This document shows positions 28,900 to 38,892 of a stretch of DNA of 64,000 nucleotides, piece by piece; the stretch's first letter is position 1; every line of letters starts with the position of its first letter. The notes below the pieces were generated by a model that was not told where the DNA came from, did no database searches, and was given only the letters and a program-made list of their open reading frames with translations. Origin of the DNA: Acidimicrobiia bacterium (GTDB lineage: Bacteria > Actinomycetota > Acidimicrobiia > IMCC26256 > PALSA-610); the NCBI GenBank assembly GCA_038239145.1, contig JBBSFB010000009.1:6206-70205 (forward strand), in the 5' to 3' direction. Made by a program: the position numbers and the translations under genes.

Positions 28900-31506
28900 C
28901 TACCTGGATGGGACGCGGTCGCCGGAGAGCCGGCGCTCCATCTCACCCGCGCGCATCGGGCGGGCGAACAAGAAGCCTTGCGCGAGGTGGCACCCGAGCA
29001 GCTCGAGTGCATCGGCCTGCTCGCGTTCCTCGACGCCTTCGGCGACGGCTTGGAGGCCGAGCGCCTGCGCGAGCTCGACGACCGCGCGCACCATCGCGGG
29101 ACCACCCGTCGTCAGCGCGAGCTGATCGATGAACGACTTGTCGATCTTGATGACATCGAGCGGGAACGCGCTCAGGTAGGAAAGCGACGAGTACCCCGTA
29201 CCGAAGTCGTCGATTGCGAGTCGCAGCCCGAGTTTCTTGAGCGAGCCCAACGTCGCCCGCGTCTTGTCGAGATCTTCGATGAGTGCCGTCTCGGTGACTT
29301 CCAACACCAGCGCCGCCGCGGGGAGACCCGACTGCCGGAGCGCGGCGACAACGTGCTCGACGACCCGAGGATCCTGCAGATGGCGCGCCGACAGGTTGAC
29401 CGTGACGTAGAACGACTCGTCGACGATCCCGGCCTGTTTCCAGCGCTGTACCTCGGAGCACGCCTCCCCTAACACCCACTGTCCGAGCGGGATGATGACC
29501 CCGTTCGTCTCCGCGATCGGAATGAAATCGTCCGGCAGCACCATGCCGCGCTGCGGATGCTCCCAACGAACGAGGGCCTCGGCCCCGCGCGTGATGCCGC
29601 TGTGCACTTCGACGATGGGTTGGTAGAACACGACGAGCTCGTTGCGGTCGATCGCCCCGCGTAATTCGGCCGCGACGACACGTCGCCGTTCGGCTTCGTC
29701 GTGCATCGCCGACGCAAAGAGCACGTAGCGGTCCTTTCCGCTGCGCTTGGCGACATACATGGCCGCGTCGGCATCGCGCAGGAGATCGTCCGGATTGTGG
29801 GTGTCGGAAGCGCCGACGGCGATGCCAATGCTCCCGCGTGCGAGCACAGGCTCGTCACCGATCTCGAGCGGTTCGTGCAGTGCCTCCAGCACGCGGTCGG
29901 CGACCTGCTCGATCCTCGAGCCGATGTCGACGTCTTCGACCAGGATTGCAAACTCGTCCCCGCCGAAGCGCGCGATGGTGTCACCGGGACGGATCATCGT
30001 CGTGAGCCTCGCGGCAACCGCGATCAACATCTCGTCACCGCCGGCGTGACCCAGCCGATCGTTGACGAGCTTGAAGTCGTCGAGATCGAGGAAGAGCACG
30101 CCGATCGAGTCGCCGTCGCGGTGGCCGCGGCTGAGCGCATGTCCCACCCGGTCGAGGAAGAGGGCCCGGTTCGGCAGGCTCGTCAGATCGTCGTGGAGCG
30201 CACGGCGCCGAAGCTCGCCGTCGAGTTGTTTGCGTTCCGTGATGTCGCGCATCGTCAGCACGAAACCGTCAACCCCGTCGACACCCCGCATGTCGGCGGC
30301 GATAATCTCGAGGTCGCGCCATTCGTTGTCGCCGTGACGCACGCGCCACTCGACGGTTGCGGGTCCCATGCTGCCCGTCAACAGAAGTTGCAGCTGTTCG
30401 GCGTCGTCGGGCAGTAGGCGCGCGGCCAACGGTCGGCCGTCGAGGGTGCCGGGAGCGCCGCCCAGGACTCGTTCACTCGACGGTGTGTGGTACTGCACGA
30501 CGCCGATCGCACTGACCACGAGGATGGCATCGGACGCGTTGTCGAGCAGCGTCTCGAATCGCGTCTCGCTGCGACCGTCCGCGACGTCACGGGCGAGGCC
30601 CGCGACTCGGATCATCACGAGGACCATCGTCACGACGCTCGCGACCGCAATCGCCGCACCGTTGTCGACGCTGCCGACCGATTGGTCGACGAAAAGCGCG
30701 ACCGGCGGTATGAGTACGGTGCTTCCGACGACGACAAGGCGGCGCGCGTTGACACTGCGGCGGACCGGGGTCGCAACCGTGAGTTGTGTCATCGAGGGGT
30801 GCAGCGCCGCTGCACCCCAGCCGACGTAGAACGCGATCCATCCGACGTCGACGATGTTGTGCTCGTGCCAGGCGCCTGTGAGATTGAGGTGGCCGTACAG
30901 CGCGTCGGCCGCCAGGAGCGCGACGATGCTCCCGGTCAGCAACCAGAACGCAAGAGGTCGCCGCCCGCCGCCCACCGCGAGGCGCACTGCGATCGCGAGC
31001 AGCGCAATGTCGCCGACCGGGTACGCAATCGAGAAGACGCGCTCGGCGACGCCGAGATCGGCGATGCGTACATACGGTGCGATGAGGAACACCCAGGAAA
31101 TGAGACCGACACTGACCGTGACGATGGCCGCGTCGATCATGCTGGTCCGGTCCCGTCCCCCCGATCTACGTCGCACCATCTGCACCAGGCCGACGACGAG
31201 CAGCGGATACACGGCGAGGTAGACGAGGTCCACGTACGACGGGAACGGAATGTCGTTGTGCAGGACGTAGCTGCGAAAGCTGTAGAGGTTGTCGCCGGTG
31301 GCGAACGTGGCGACGCCGGCGGCGAGGAAGTACCACGGCGGTCGCGCCGCGGGACGGTTCCGGCGCACGCCCACGACGATCGCGACGACCGATGACCAGG
31401 CGAGGAGCGGCCAGACGACCAGCTTCGTGGTCGGGAGCGGGACGATCGCGTAGACGACGCCGAGGATCGCGCCGAGGACGATGTACCACTTCCACGCCTG
31501 CTTCAT
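28900..31506 (-). CDS. membrane-bound PAS-GGDEF-EAL signalling protein (c-di-GMP turnover)
   Basis: 868 aa: about 8-9 N-terminal TM helices, a PAS-like segment, GGDEF (RFGGDEFAIL preceded by an RPGD I-site) and EAL (EALVRWEH..., DDFGTGYSSL, KIDKSF). Confidence 0.93.
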   Translation of the reverse strand: MKQAWKWYIVLGAILGVVYAIVPLPTTKLVVWPLLAWSSVVAIVVGVRRNRPAARPPWYFLAAGVATFATGDNLYSFRSYVLHNDIPFPSYVDLVYLAVYPLLVVGLVQMVRRRSGGRDRTSMIDAAIVTVSVGLISWVFLIAPYVRIADLGVAERVFSIAYPVGDIALLAIAVRLAVGGGRRPLAFWLLTGSIVALLAADALYGHLNLTGAWHEHNIVDVGWIAFYVGWGAAALHPSMTQLTVATPVRRSVNARRLVVVGSTVLIPPVALFVDQSVGSVDNGAAIAVASVVTMVLVMIRVAGLARDVADGRSETRFETLLDNASDAILVVSAIGVVQYHTPSSERVLGGAPGTLDGRPLAARLLPDDAEQLQLLLTGSMGPATVEWRVRHGDNEWRDLEIIAADMRGVDGVDGFVLTMRDITERKQLDGELRRRALHDDLTSLPNRALFLDRVGHALSRGHRDGDSIGVLFLDLDDFKLVNDRLGHAGGDEMLIAVAARLTTMIRPGDTIARFGGDEFAILVEDVDIGSRIEQVADRVLEALHEPLEIGDEPVLARGSIGIAVGASDTHNPDDLLRDADAAMYVAKRSGKDRYVLFASAMHDEAERRRVVAAELRGAIDRNELVVFYQPIVEVHSGITRGAEALVRWEHPQRGMVLPDDFIPIAETNGVIIPLGQWVLGEACSEVQRWKQAGIVDESFYVTVNLSARHLQDPRVVEHVVAALRQSGLPAAALVLEVTETALIEDLDKTRATLGSLKKLGLRLAIDDFGTGYSSLSYLSAFPLDVIKIDKSFIDQLALTTGGPAMVRAVVELAQALGLQAVAEGVEEREQADALELLGCHLAQGFLFARPMRAGEMERRLSGDRVPSR

Positions 31507-31672
31507 CGCGAGCCTGACGCCGAGGGGTCACGACGACGAGCGATTCCGCCGCCCCCTGTGTTCGTCCGTGCCGGCCGGCCAGTCCAGGCGTTTCTCCGGG
31601 AACCAGCCCGGCCGCTCCGTCGTCGGAACCCCTGAACCGCCTGCGACCCCGAAACGACGCGAGGAGAGATCG

Positions 31673-32440
31673 ATGCGAGGGCTCACGAAGACCACGGCCG
31701 GGATCGCGGTTACCGCGATCGTCGCTGCGCTCGGCGCCGCCGGTTGCGGCAGCAACAGTTCGAAGCCGACCGCCTCCGCGGCACTCACCGCCGCGACGAC
31801 CCCGACTACGGCGTCGGCCCAGGGGCCCGCGATCAACGTGGCCGGGCACGGTGAGGTCTCGGGTACGCCCGACGTGATGACCGTGACGATGGGCGTGCAG
31901 ACGGGCGACCCGTCGGCCCAGGCCGCGTTGCATCGCAACAACGACCGCGCCAACGCCTTGATCGGCGCGTTGAAGGCACAGGGCGTCGAGGCGAAGGACA
32001 TCCAGACGGTCGACCTCAACGTGTCGCCCACGTTCGACAAGAACTTCCACGTGACGGGGTACTCGGCCTCGAATACGGTCTCGGCCAAGCTCCGCGACCT
32101 GTCCAAGGCCGGTGAGGTGATCGATGCCGCCGCGCTCACCGCGGGTCAGGACGTCCGCCTCCAAGGCGTGTCGTTCTCGATCGACAACACGAGCGCGCTG
32201 GTGGCGAAGGCCCGCGCCGACGCGATCAAGGACGCACTCGCGCAGGGCAAGCAGCTCGCGGGCGCGGCCGGCGTGAACCTCGGTTCGATCCGGACCATCG
32301 ACGACACCGGTACTCAGGTTCCGCAGCAGAACTTCTACGGATCCGACGCCCTGCAGAAGGCCTCGGGGGCAGTACCGATCGAGGCCGGTTCGCAGCAGCT
32401 CAGCGTCGACGTGATCGTCGTATTCGACATCTCCTCCTGA
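31673..32440 (+). CDS. SIMPL (DUF541) domain lipoprotein
   Basis: ATG at 31673 preceded by GAGGAGAG. Lipobox LGAAGC, then ...VAGHGEVSGTPDVMTVTMGV...AALHRNNDRANALIGALKAQGVEAKDIQT..., typical of the SIMPL/26-kDa periplasmic immunogenic protein family. Confidence 0.8.
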   Translation: MRGLTKTTAGIAVTAIVAALGAAGCGSNSSKPTASAALTAATTPTTASAQGPAINVAGHGEVSGTPDVMTVTMGVQTGDPSAQAALHRNNDRANALIGALKAQGVEAKDIQTVDLNVSPTFDKNFHVTGYSASNTVSAKLRDLSKAGEVIDAAALTAGQDVRLQGVSFSIDNTSALVAKARADAIKDALAQGKQLAGAAGVNLGSIRTIDDTGTQVPQQNFYGSDALQKASGAVPIEAGSQQLSVDVIVVFDISS

Positions 32441-32534
32441 GCTCCCGGCGAGCGCCGCGTCCTCCTCGAGACAGCGCCCCGATCCGGGAGTACCGTCCCC
32501 GGAGGTCCGGCGCGGTCTCGGGGGAGCAGAGCCA

Positions 32535-33953
32535 ATGACGGAAGCGGAACGGTTCTCGCACCACATGAGCGACGAGGACGCGCTCATGTGGAACATCGAG
32601 AAGGACCCCGTCCTTCGGTCGACGATCGTCGCGGTCGCCCTGTTCGACTCGGTCCCGGACTGGACGCGACTGCGACGTCGCATCGAGCGCACGACGCATT
32701 TCATTCCCCGGTTGCGGCAGCGAGTCGTGTCGGCGCCGTTCCGGATCGCGCCGCCGCGCTGGATGGCGGAACCGGCATTCGACCTTGACTTCCACCTCCG
32801 CCGCACCCGACTTTCCGGTCCTGCGACCATGCGCACGCTGCTCGACGCGCTGCAGCCGATCGCGACCGCCGGCTTCGACCGGGCCCGACCATTGTGGGAG
32901 TTCACGCTCTTCGAAGGGCTTGCCGCCGACGACGGTTCCGATCGCGAGCGGGCCGCTTTCGCGATGAAGGTGCACCACTCCGTCACCGACGGCGTGGGCG
33001 GGATGGAACTTCTCGCGCACTTCGTCGACCTGGTCCCCGACGCACGCGAACGACCCGACCACGAGCTTCCTGCCGTCCTGGCGCCGGACCACGCGCGTCC
33101 GTTCGACGTGTTGCGCTACTCGATCGACCACAGCCGCCGGCGCGCCCAGGGGATCGCGCAACGACTTCCCGGCACCGTAGTTCGCGCGGCCGGGAACACG
33201 GTCACGGATCCGGCGGGAACCGCGGCTCAGGTATTGCGCACGACCCGATCGATCGCGCGCACGCTCGCCCCGGCGACGAGCCCGATGTCGAACGTCATGG
33301 TCGGACGCGGGCTCGGGCGCCGGCTCGAGGTGTTCGACATCCCGCTCGACGACATCAAGCGCGTCGCCAAGGCCACCGAAGCCAGCCTCAACGACGTGTT
33401 CGTCGCCGCGGTCGTCGGCGGGGCCCGCCGGTACCACGAACGTCACGGCGCTGCGCCGGTCGAACTCCGGATGACCTTGCCGATCAACCTGCGCCAGGGT
33501 GACGACGACGCGGGCGGCAACCGTTTCGCCCCGGCGCGGTTCCCGGTCCCGACTGCGATCGACGACCCCCGCGCCCGGATCGCCGCCGTCGGCGCGCTCG
33601 TGAAGGAATGGCGGGCCGAGCCCGCACTCCAGATGACGAGCACCCTCGCCGGGATCCTCAATCGGCTGCCGACGTCGACGACGACCGCGCTCTTCGGCGG
33701 CATGCTCAAGTGCTGCGACTTCGTGACCTCGAACATCCCCGGCGCGCCCGTGCCCGTCTACGTCGGCGGCGCCAAGGTCGAGCGCCTGTACGCCTTCGCC
33801 CCGCCGGCCGGCGCCGCGTTCAACGTCGCGCTCATCTCGCACTGTGACACGTGCTGCATCGGCGTGGTGATCGACACCGAGGCGGTCCCCGATCACGACG
33901 TGCTCCTGTCGTGCCTGCACGACGGATTCGACGAAGTGTTGGCATTGGCCTGA
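32535..33953 (+). CDS. wax ester synthase / acyl-CoA:diacylglycerol acyltransferase (WS/DGAT)
   Basis: 472 aa; catalytic HHxxxDG motif (HHSVTDGVGG), N-terminal ...MWNIEKDP... and the C-terminal NIPGAPVPVY block typical of WS/DGAT. Confidence 0.9.
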   Translation: MTEAERFSHHMSDEDALMWNIEKDPVLRSTIVAVALFDSVPDWTRLRRRIERTTHFIPRLRQRVVSAPFRIAPPRWMAEPAFDLDFHLRRTRLSGPATMRTLLDALQPIATAGFDRARPLWEFTLFEGLAADDGSDRERAAFAMKVHHSVTDGVGGMELLAHFVDLVPDARERPDHELPAVLAPDHARPFDVLRYSIDHSRRRAQGIAQRLPGTVVRAAGNTVTDPAGTAAQVLRTTRSIARTLAPATSPMSNVMVGRGLGRRLEVFDIPLDDIKRVAKATEASLNDVFVAAVVGGARRYHERHGAAPVELRMTLPINLRQGDDDAGGNRFAPARFPVPTAIDDPRARIAAVGALVKEWRAEPALQMTSTLAGILNRLPTSTTTALFGGMLKCCDFVTSNIPGAPVPVYVGGAKVERLYAFAPPAGAAFNVALISHCDTCCIGVVIDTEAVPDHDVLLSCLHDGFDEVLALA

Positions 33954-33969
33954 CCCCTAGCATTGGGCC

Positions 33970-35100
33970 ATGACCCAACGCTCGACCGCCGGCGATCTCA
34001 CCCTTCCCCCCGAGCTGATGCCGAGTGACGGACGGTTCGGGTCGGGTCCATCGAAGGTGCGCGACGAAGCCGTCGGCGCGCTCGCGGCCGTGGCCCACGG
34101 CTTCCTCGGCACGAGTCACCGCCGAGACGGCGTCCGCTCCGTCGTCGGCGACGTGCGTCGGGGCCTGGCCGAACTGTTCGCACTCCCCGACGGCTACGAG
34201 GTCCTGCTCGGACTCGGAGGATCGACCCTGTTCTGGGACGCCGCGTCGTTCGGTCTGGTCGAACGGCGGAGCACGCACGTCGTCATCGGCGAGTTCTCGT
34301 TCAAGTTCGCCGAGGTCACCAGGGCCGCCCCTCACCTCGACGACCCCCAGATCTGCGAGACGGCACCCGGCGAGACCCCCGTACTGCCCGATCACATCGA
34401 CGGCGACGTGTACGCGTATCCCCACAACGAGACGTCGACGGGTGTCACGGTCGACGTGCATCGCCCGGCCGGCGACGCGCTTGTAGTCGTCGACGGCACG
34501 TCGGCCGCGGGTGGAATCCGCGTCGAGCCGGGTGCGTTCGACGTGTACTACTTCGCGCCGCAGAAGTGCTTCGCGAGCGACGGAGGCCTGTGGCTCGCGT
34601 TGTGCTCACCGGCCGCGCTGGCGCGCATCGAACGACTCGAGGGAACGCGCTGGACACCGGCGTCGCTCGACCTCTCGATCGCGGTCGACAACTCCCGGCT
34701 CGAGCAGACGTACAACACGCCCGCGCTCGCCACGCTCTATCTGCTCGACCAGCAGGTGCGCTGGATGCTCGACAACGGCGGCTTCGAGTTCGCGGCGGGC
34801 CGTTGCGACCGTTCTGCGGCGACCGTGTATGACTGGGCCGACGGTCACCAGCACGCGTCGCCCTTCGTGAAGGACCCCGCGCACCGGAGCACTGTCACGG
34901 CAACGATCGACTTCGACGAACGTGTCGACGCAACGAAGATCAGTGCCGCGCTGCGCGCGAACGGCATTGTCGACGTGGAGCCGTATCGCAAGCTCGGGCG
35001 CAATCAGCTCCGCATTGCGCTGTTCCCGGCGATCGAACCCGACGACGTCGCGATCCTGACCCGCGCGATCGACTTTCTGGTGGAGCGCGTGGCAGTCTGA
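33970..35100 (+). CDS. serC: phosphoserine aminotransferase (actinobacterial type)
   Basis: 376 aa; ...DGRFGSGPSKVR..., HNETSTGV and YYFAPQKCFASDGGLW (PLP Lys) match the mycobacterial-type SerC as I recall it. Confidence 0.85.
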   Translation: MTQRSTAGDLTLPPELMPSDGRFGSGPSKVRDEAVGALAAVAHGFLGTSHRRDGVRSVVGDVRRGLAELFALPDGYEVLLGLGGSTLFWDAASFGLVERRSTHVVIGEFSFKFAEVTRAAPHLDDPQICETAPGETPVLPDHIDGDVYAYPHNETSTGVTVDVHRPAGDALVVVDGTSAAGGIRVEPGAFDVYYFAPQKCFASDGGLWLALCSPAALARIERLEGTRWTPASLDLSIAVDNSRLEQTYNTPALATLYLLDQQVRWMLDNGGFEFAAGRCDRSAATVYDWADGHQHASPFVKDPAHRSTVTATIDFDERVDATKISAALRANGIVDVEPYRKLGRNQLRIALFPAIEPDDVAILTRAIDFLVERVAV

Positions 35101-35104
35101 CCGG

Positions 35105-35809
35105 ATGCTGCTACTGCACGAGGTCCACACGGTTGTCGGCCGGAACGAGGACGAGTTCGAGAATGCGTTCCGGACCGGTTGGATGAACGGCCTCGGCAGC
35201 GGCGACGACGCCCGCCTCCTCTACTACCTGAAGCTCGCGCACGGCACCGGGCGCGCGTATCACCACACCTCGATCACCGCCTTCGCGAACGGAGACGCGT
35301 ACGAGCGTGTGGCCCGCCGCGTCCAGTCCGGCGACCTGCGCAGCTGGGCGGCCGACATCGACGGCATGCGCCACGAGGTGAAGGGCAAGATGTTGCTGCC
35401 GGTGGAGTGGTCGCCGATGAGCGATCTCGCTCTCGCGACTGTCCCGACCGACGGCCGCGAGCACGACCCCGTCCTCTACATGGAGGACAGCGCGTGGCCT
35501 TACGAGGCCAAGCTCGACACCTACCTCGAGAAGGCGCGCACGCACTACGCGCCCAGCCTCGACCAGCGCTCGGAACGGTCACTCCTGACGTTGCTCGGCG
35601 TGTTCCAAGCCGCGCTGGGTGCGCCGCGCCGCCGCGAGGTGATCCTGTGGCAACGCGTCGACTTCCCCGAGCGACTTCCGGGCCTGTTCACCCGCGAGCT
35701 CCCGAGTCAGGTCAAGGGCCCGGGCACATGGATGCACGACGCGCTCGAGGTTCGCGACGACTGGGAGAGCCGCCTGCTCCGCAGCGCTTCCTGGTCGCCA
35801 GTGGGCTGA
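35105..35809 (+). CDS. hypothetical protein
   Basis: 234-aa ORF starting 4 nt after the serC stop, with good GC3 bias. No motif recognised (a vague NIPSNAP-like impression only). Confidence 0.55.
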   Translation: MLLLHEVHTVVGRNEDEFENAFRTGWMNGLGSGDDARLLYYLKLAHGTGRAYHHTSITAFANGDAYERVARRVQSGDLRSWAADIDGMRHEVKGKMLLPVEWSPMSDLALATVPTDGREHDPVLYMEDSAWPYEAKLDTYLEKARTHYAPSLDQRSERSLLTLLGVFQAALGAPRRREVILWQRVDFPERLPGLFTRELPSQVKGPGTWMHDALEVRDDWESRLLRSASWSPVG

Positions 35810-35829
35810 GGGAGCCGGTTCTCCCGGGT

Positions 35830-36687
35830 TTACGAGAACTTGCTCGGGTACGGCCCGTCGTACGCGGTGCCGTCGAGCTTCCCGCCGAGGTTCGGGCACT
35901 CGCCGCTGAACACTCCCCATGCGCATGTGATCGAAGGTGCGATCCACGCGTGCACCATCCACACGTCGGTGAGGAGCGTCTTCGATCCACCGGCGGCGGC
36001 GCACTGTTGGCGCGTCGACTCTTCGCCGGCTACGACCACTCCGCCCTTGATGCAAAGGCCGCCGTTCGCGTTGTGCTGGTGCCAGCGGTCGTTCGGGCCC
36101 GCGAATCCGGGCGGCGGACCGTTGCTGTGCCACACGAGGTAGCTGAGCCCGACGATCTTCGAGTCGAGGCTCGTACCCGCGTACAAGAGCTCCGACGGGT
36201 GCGCGGGATCGAAGTGCGACGCGTATCCGATGTTGGTGTAGTGCGCGCCGATGCACGGCACGTACACGGTCGACATCATGTAGCCGGCGGCAATCGCCTG
36301 CTTCACGGTGGGGTACGTGGTCACGACGGTCTTGGCCGCATCGAGCTGCGCGTCGAGCGTCGCCCGCTCCGCCTTCGTGAGCGGGAGCTGCGGCACCGCG
36401 CCCCGGCCCCCGTGCTCTTCGGCCGCGACTGCGGCCGCGGTCTTGACCGCGGCGCTGCCACCGCCGCCCGCACCGACCTCGCCCGGTGAAGCCGGCGTCG
36501 GCGCCGCCTCTTCGCACGGCGACTTGGCCGCGACGGTCTTGACCCTCGCCGACGTCGGCGTCGGCTTCGGGGCGACCGTGGTCGCGCTCCCCGACGCCTT
36601 GCTGCTCGACCCGCCGCAACCGGCGAGAGCGAGCGCGATAAGCCCCGCGCCGATAACGACCTTGGGACTCCCGATCCGAGATGTCAT
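35830..36687 (-). CDS. secreted lipoprotein (function unknown)
   Basis: ATG at 36687 preceded by GGGGGAG. Canonical lipoprotein signal MTSRIGSPKVVIGAGLIALALAGCGG, a Pro/Ala/Thr linker, then a Cys/His-containing domain. The same frame stays open upstream to 37227 (see findings). Confidence 0.65.
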   Translation of the reverse strand: MTSRIGSPKVVIGAGLIALALAGCGGSSSKASGSATTVAPKPTPTSARVKTVAAKSPCEEAAPTPASPGEVGAGGGGSAAVKTAAAVAAEEHGGRGAVPQLPLTKAERATLDAQLDAAKTVVTTYPTVKQAIAAGYMMSTVYVPCIGAHYTNIGYASHFDPAHPSELLYAGTSLDSKIVGLSYLVWHSNGPPPGFAGPNDRWHQHNANGGLCIKGGVVVAGEESTRQQCAAAGGSKTLLTDVWMVHAWIAPSITCAWGVFSGECPNLGGKLDGTAYDGPYPSKFS

Positions 36688-37091
36688 TGGCTCCCCCGAG
36701 CTGCGTGTACTTCGCATCGTATGACCCCAGCGCGCTCGGCGGCGTGCGGGGCTACCTGCGCCCGGGCAGGCCCGTGTCGGCGAGCCGTACCCGTCTCGGA
36801 CCGACCGGGTACGCGCCGGAGAGACGGAGGACTCGCCCGGACGACGCCAGGAGCGCAACCGTCGCCACTGGACCCGGGCCGCGAGCACCAGCCGGACGCC
36901 GCCGAGCACCCCGAACGACGCAGCCACGGCGATCGCCGCGTGGGTGATCCGCCGACCGTCGAGCAGCTGGGCGCCACCCGCGACGAGCGACGCCCACGGG
37001 GCGATCACGAACAACGTCCGCAGCCTCATCAGTCCCTTTGTGGCGGTCGGTTCCATATCGGACCGACGGGGAGTGACCTGAGTCGCCCGTA

Positions 37092-38264
37092 CTACCCCAA
37101 GCTGGACGGGGCGCACTTCCCGGCCCGGCTCGCGATGCCGCTGGTACGCCGCCACTCGCGGATCACGTTCTGGTCGAGCCCGTTCGTCAGGTAACAGAAC
37201 GAGAGACCCGTTTCGGGATCCGCCCACGCGATCTGGCCGCCCGCGCCGTTGTGGCCGAAGGCACGCGCCGAAACGGTGTGGCCCATGCCCCGCGCCGCGG
37301 CGCGCCGGTCGTCGCCTGCGAGCACGAGACCGAGCGAACGGTTGGCAGGAGTGCCCATGTAGTCGGGCAGATGATTGCGCACGTTGGTGGTCACGTCGGC
37401 CAGGACTTCGGGCTTCCAGATGCCGATCGGATCGTGCAACAACGCCTGGTAGTAGAGCGCGAGATCCGCCGCGTTCGACACCCCCCCGCCCCCGGGCACT
37501 CCGACAGCGCGGACCTCGGGGTGGTTGAAGGTCATCAACGCGTCGGCCGTCACCTCCGACAACGGGAGAGAACGGACTCCGATCGCCGCTTCCAACTCGT
37601 CGCCCGTCGGAGCCTCACCGGTGAGGACGAGAGCGTTGATGTCGCCCTGGGCCGCAACCGGTACCCCGATCTGCAACGCGGTGAGCCCCAACGGGTCGAG
37701 AATCTGGGCGCGAATGAACTCTCGGAAGTCGGTACCAGTACAGCGCTCGATGATCTCCGCGAGCACCCAGTGCGCGGTCGTGGGGTGATACTCATAGCGC
37801 GTTCCCGGCTCCCAGTTGAGCCGCCAACTCGCGAAACGTGCGAGCCGCTTGTCGCGGTCGTCCCAGTCGAGCGCACCGAACGGGGCGCGAGGGAAACCCG
37901 ACGTGTGCAGCATCACCTGGGCAACGGTGATCGCGTCCTTGCCGTTCGCACCGAACTCGGGGATCAACGCGGCGACGGGGAGGGTGACGTCGAGCAAACC
38001 CTCGCCCATCAGGATCCATACTGCGCCCGCGACGACCGCCTTCGTGGCCGAGAACATGACGTAGCGCGACTCGGGGGGCACGGCACCGAACGAACGCCAC
38101 ACGTCGACCTTCCCGCCTCGCGCCAACGCAAGCTGGCACGAAGGCAGTATCCCGTCATCGACGTCCTTTTGCACCCGGGCGAGTAACGCCTCGAGCGCTT
38201 CGGGGTCGATGCCGACGGCTGCGGGGTCGGCAACGGGGCTGCGGTCGTACGGCACGCTCGGCAT
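37092..38264 (-). CDS. serine hydrolase (beta-lactamase / esterase class C family)
   Basis: SxxK motif in MFSATKAVV and a typical N-terminus GIDPEALEALLARVQKDVDDGILPS. Start provisionally at MPSVPYD (38264). The frame is open to 38579 and the extension looks coding (see findings). Confidence 0.8.
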   Translation of the reverse strand: MPSVPYDRSPVADPAAVGIDPEALEALLARVQKDVDDGILPSCQLALARGGKVDVWRSFGAVPPESRYVMFSATKAVVAGAVWILMGEGLLDVTLPVAALIPEFGANGKDAITVAQVMLHTSGFPRAPFGALDWDDRDKRLARFASWRLNWEPGTRYEYHPTTAHWVLAEIIERCTGTDFREFIRAQILDPLGLTALQIGVPVAAQGDINALVLTGEAPTGDELEAAIGVRSLPLSEVTADALMTFNHPEVRAVGVPGGGGVSNAADLALYYQALLHDPIGIWKPEVLADVTTNVRNHLPDYMGTPANRSLGLVLAGDDRRAAARGMGHTVSARAFGHNGAGGQIAWADPETGLSFCYLTNGLDQNVIREWRRTSGIASRAGKCAPSSLG

Positions 38265-38315
38265 GCCCGGCGATGCTACGAGGTCCGCCGGCGACGGGAC
38301 ACTCTCCGGGATCCG

Positions 38316-38483
38316 GGCCTTTTGGGCGCGCCGGTTCTCGATCGTCTTATCGATGCGCCGGGCGCGCGTCACGGCGGCCTTCGCGCGGATCTCGGCGCTG
38401 ACCGCCAGCATGAACCGGGCGCCTGTCGTCGCGACGCTGCTCCGGTAGGTGTGCCCATTGATCGTGACGCGCACCACGAGAGG
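38316..38483 (-). other. DUF1905/YdeI-like fragment lying in frame upstream of the serine hydrolase
   Basis: PLVVRVTINGHTYRSSVATTGARFMLAVSAEIRAKAAV resembles the DUF1905 core (V.VTINGH.YR.....MGG.FML.VS...R). It is followed directly by TRARRIDKTIENRRAQKA, which resembles a YdeI C-terminal helix. The N-terminal half of the domain is missing. Confidence 0.3.
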
Positions 38484-38640
38484 CGGGAAAGGCTCCCCAT
38501 CATGCGTGGATTGTCCCGAGAGTGGACATGGACGACGCGCCGCCACCCTGGACCGTCGTTGGCCTGACCCGCGTGGCATCGACGCCGGCTCGGCCGCCGT
38601 GCGCGGGCGTCATCATCAACGGTGTGTGCGTCATCGTGAT

Positions 38641-38892
38641 CTAGCGGTGGAACTCGACGCGTGTGACGGGAAAACGCATGATGCGCCGGCGCGTGCCCGG
38701 GCTCAGCTCGCCGAGCTCGAAGGTCGCGCGCGCCACGCGCCGGGCGCGGCCCGTGACGACCTCGTACCGCAAGCAATTCCCGAGTCGTTTGACGGGTTCA
38801 CGCGACGCGATCGCGAAACCGTTGAGGTGGAGCTGCCGGTGGATCTCGACGAGCGTCATCGGACGCGCGTTGCGGGCCAGGATCGCCAGCAC
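38641..38892 (-). CDS. winged-helix-like hypothetical protein (probable 3' part of a frameshifted gene)
   Basis: 83 aa: (V)LAILARNARPMTLVEIHRQLHLNGFAIASREPVKRLGNCLRYEVVTGRARRVARATFELGE... looks like a wHTH. It overlaps the 38798..39202 reading frame by 95 nt in a different frame. Confidence 0.5.
   Translation of the reverse strand: MLAILARNARPMTLVEIHRQLHLNGFAIASREPVKRLGNCLRYEVVTGRARRVARATFELGELSPGTRRRIMRFPVTRVEFHR

Noticed and set aside
28900-31506. The GGDEF-EAL protein as a degenerate, receptor-only c-di-GMP protein.
   Set aside because: Both catalytic signatures (GGDEF with an RxxD I-site, and EAL with DDFGTGYSSL and KIDKSF) look intact, so there is nothing unusual beyond an uncharacterised multi-TM sensor domain.
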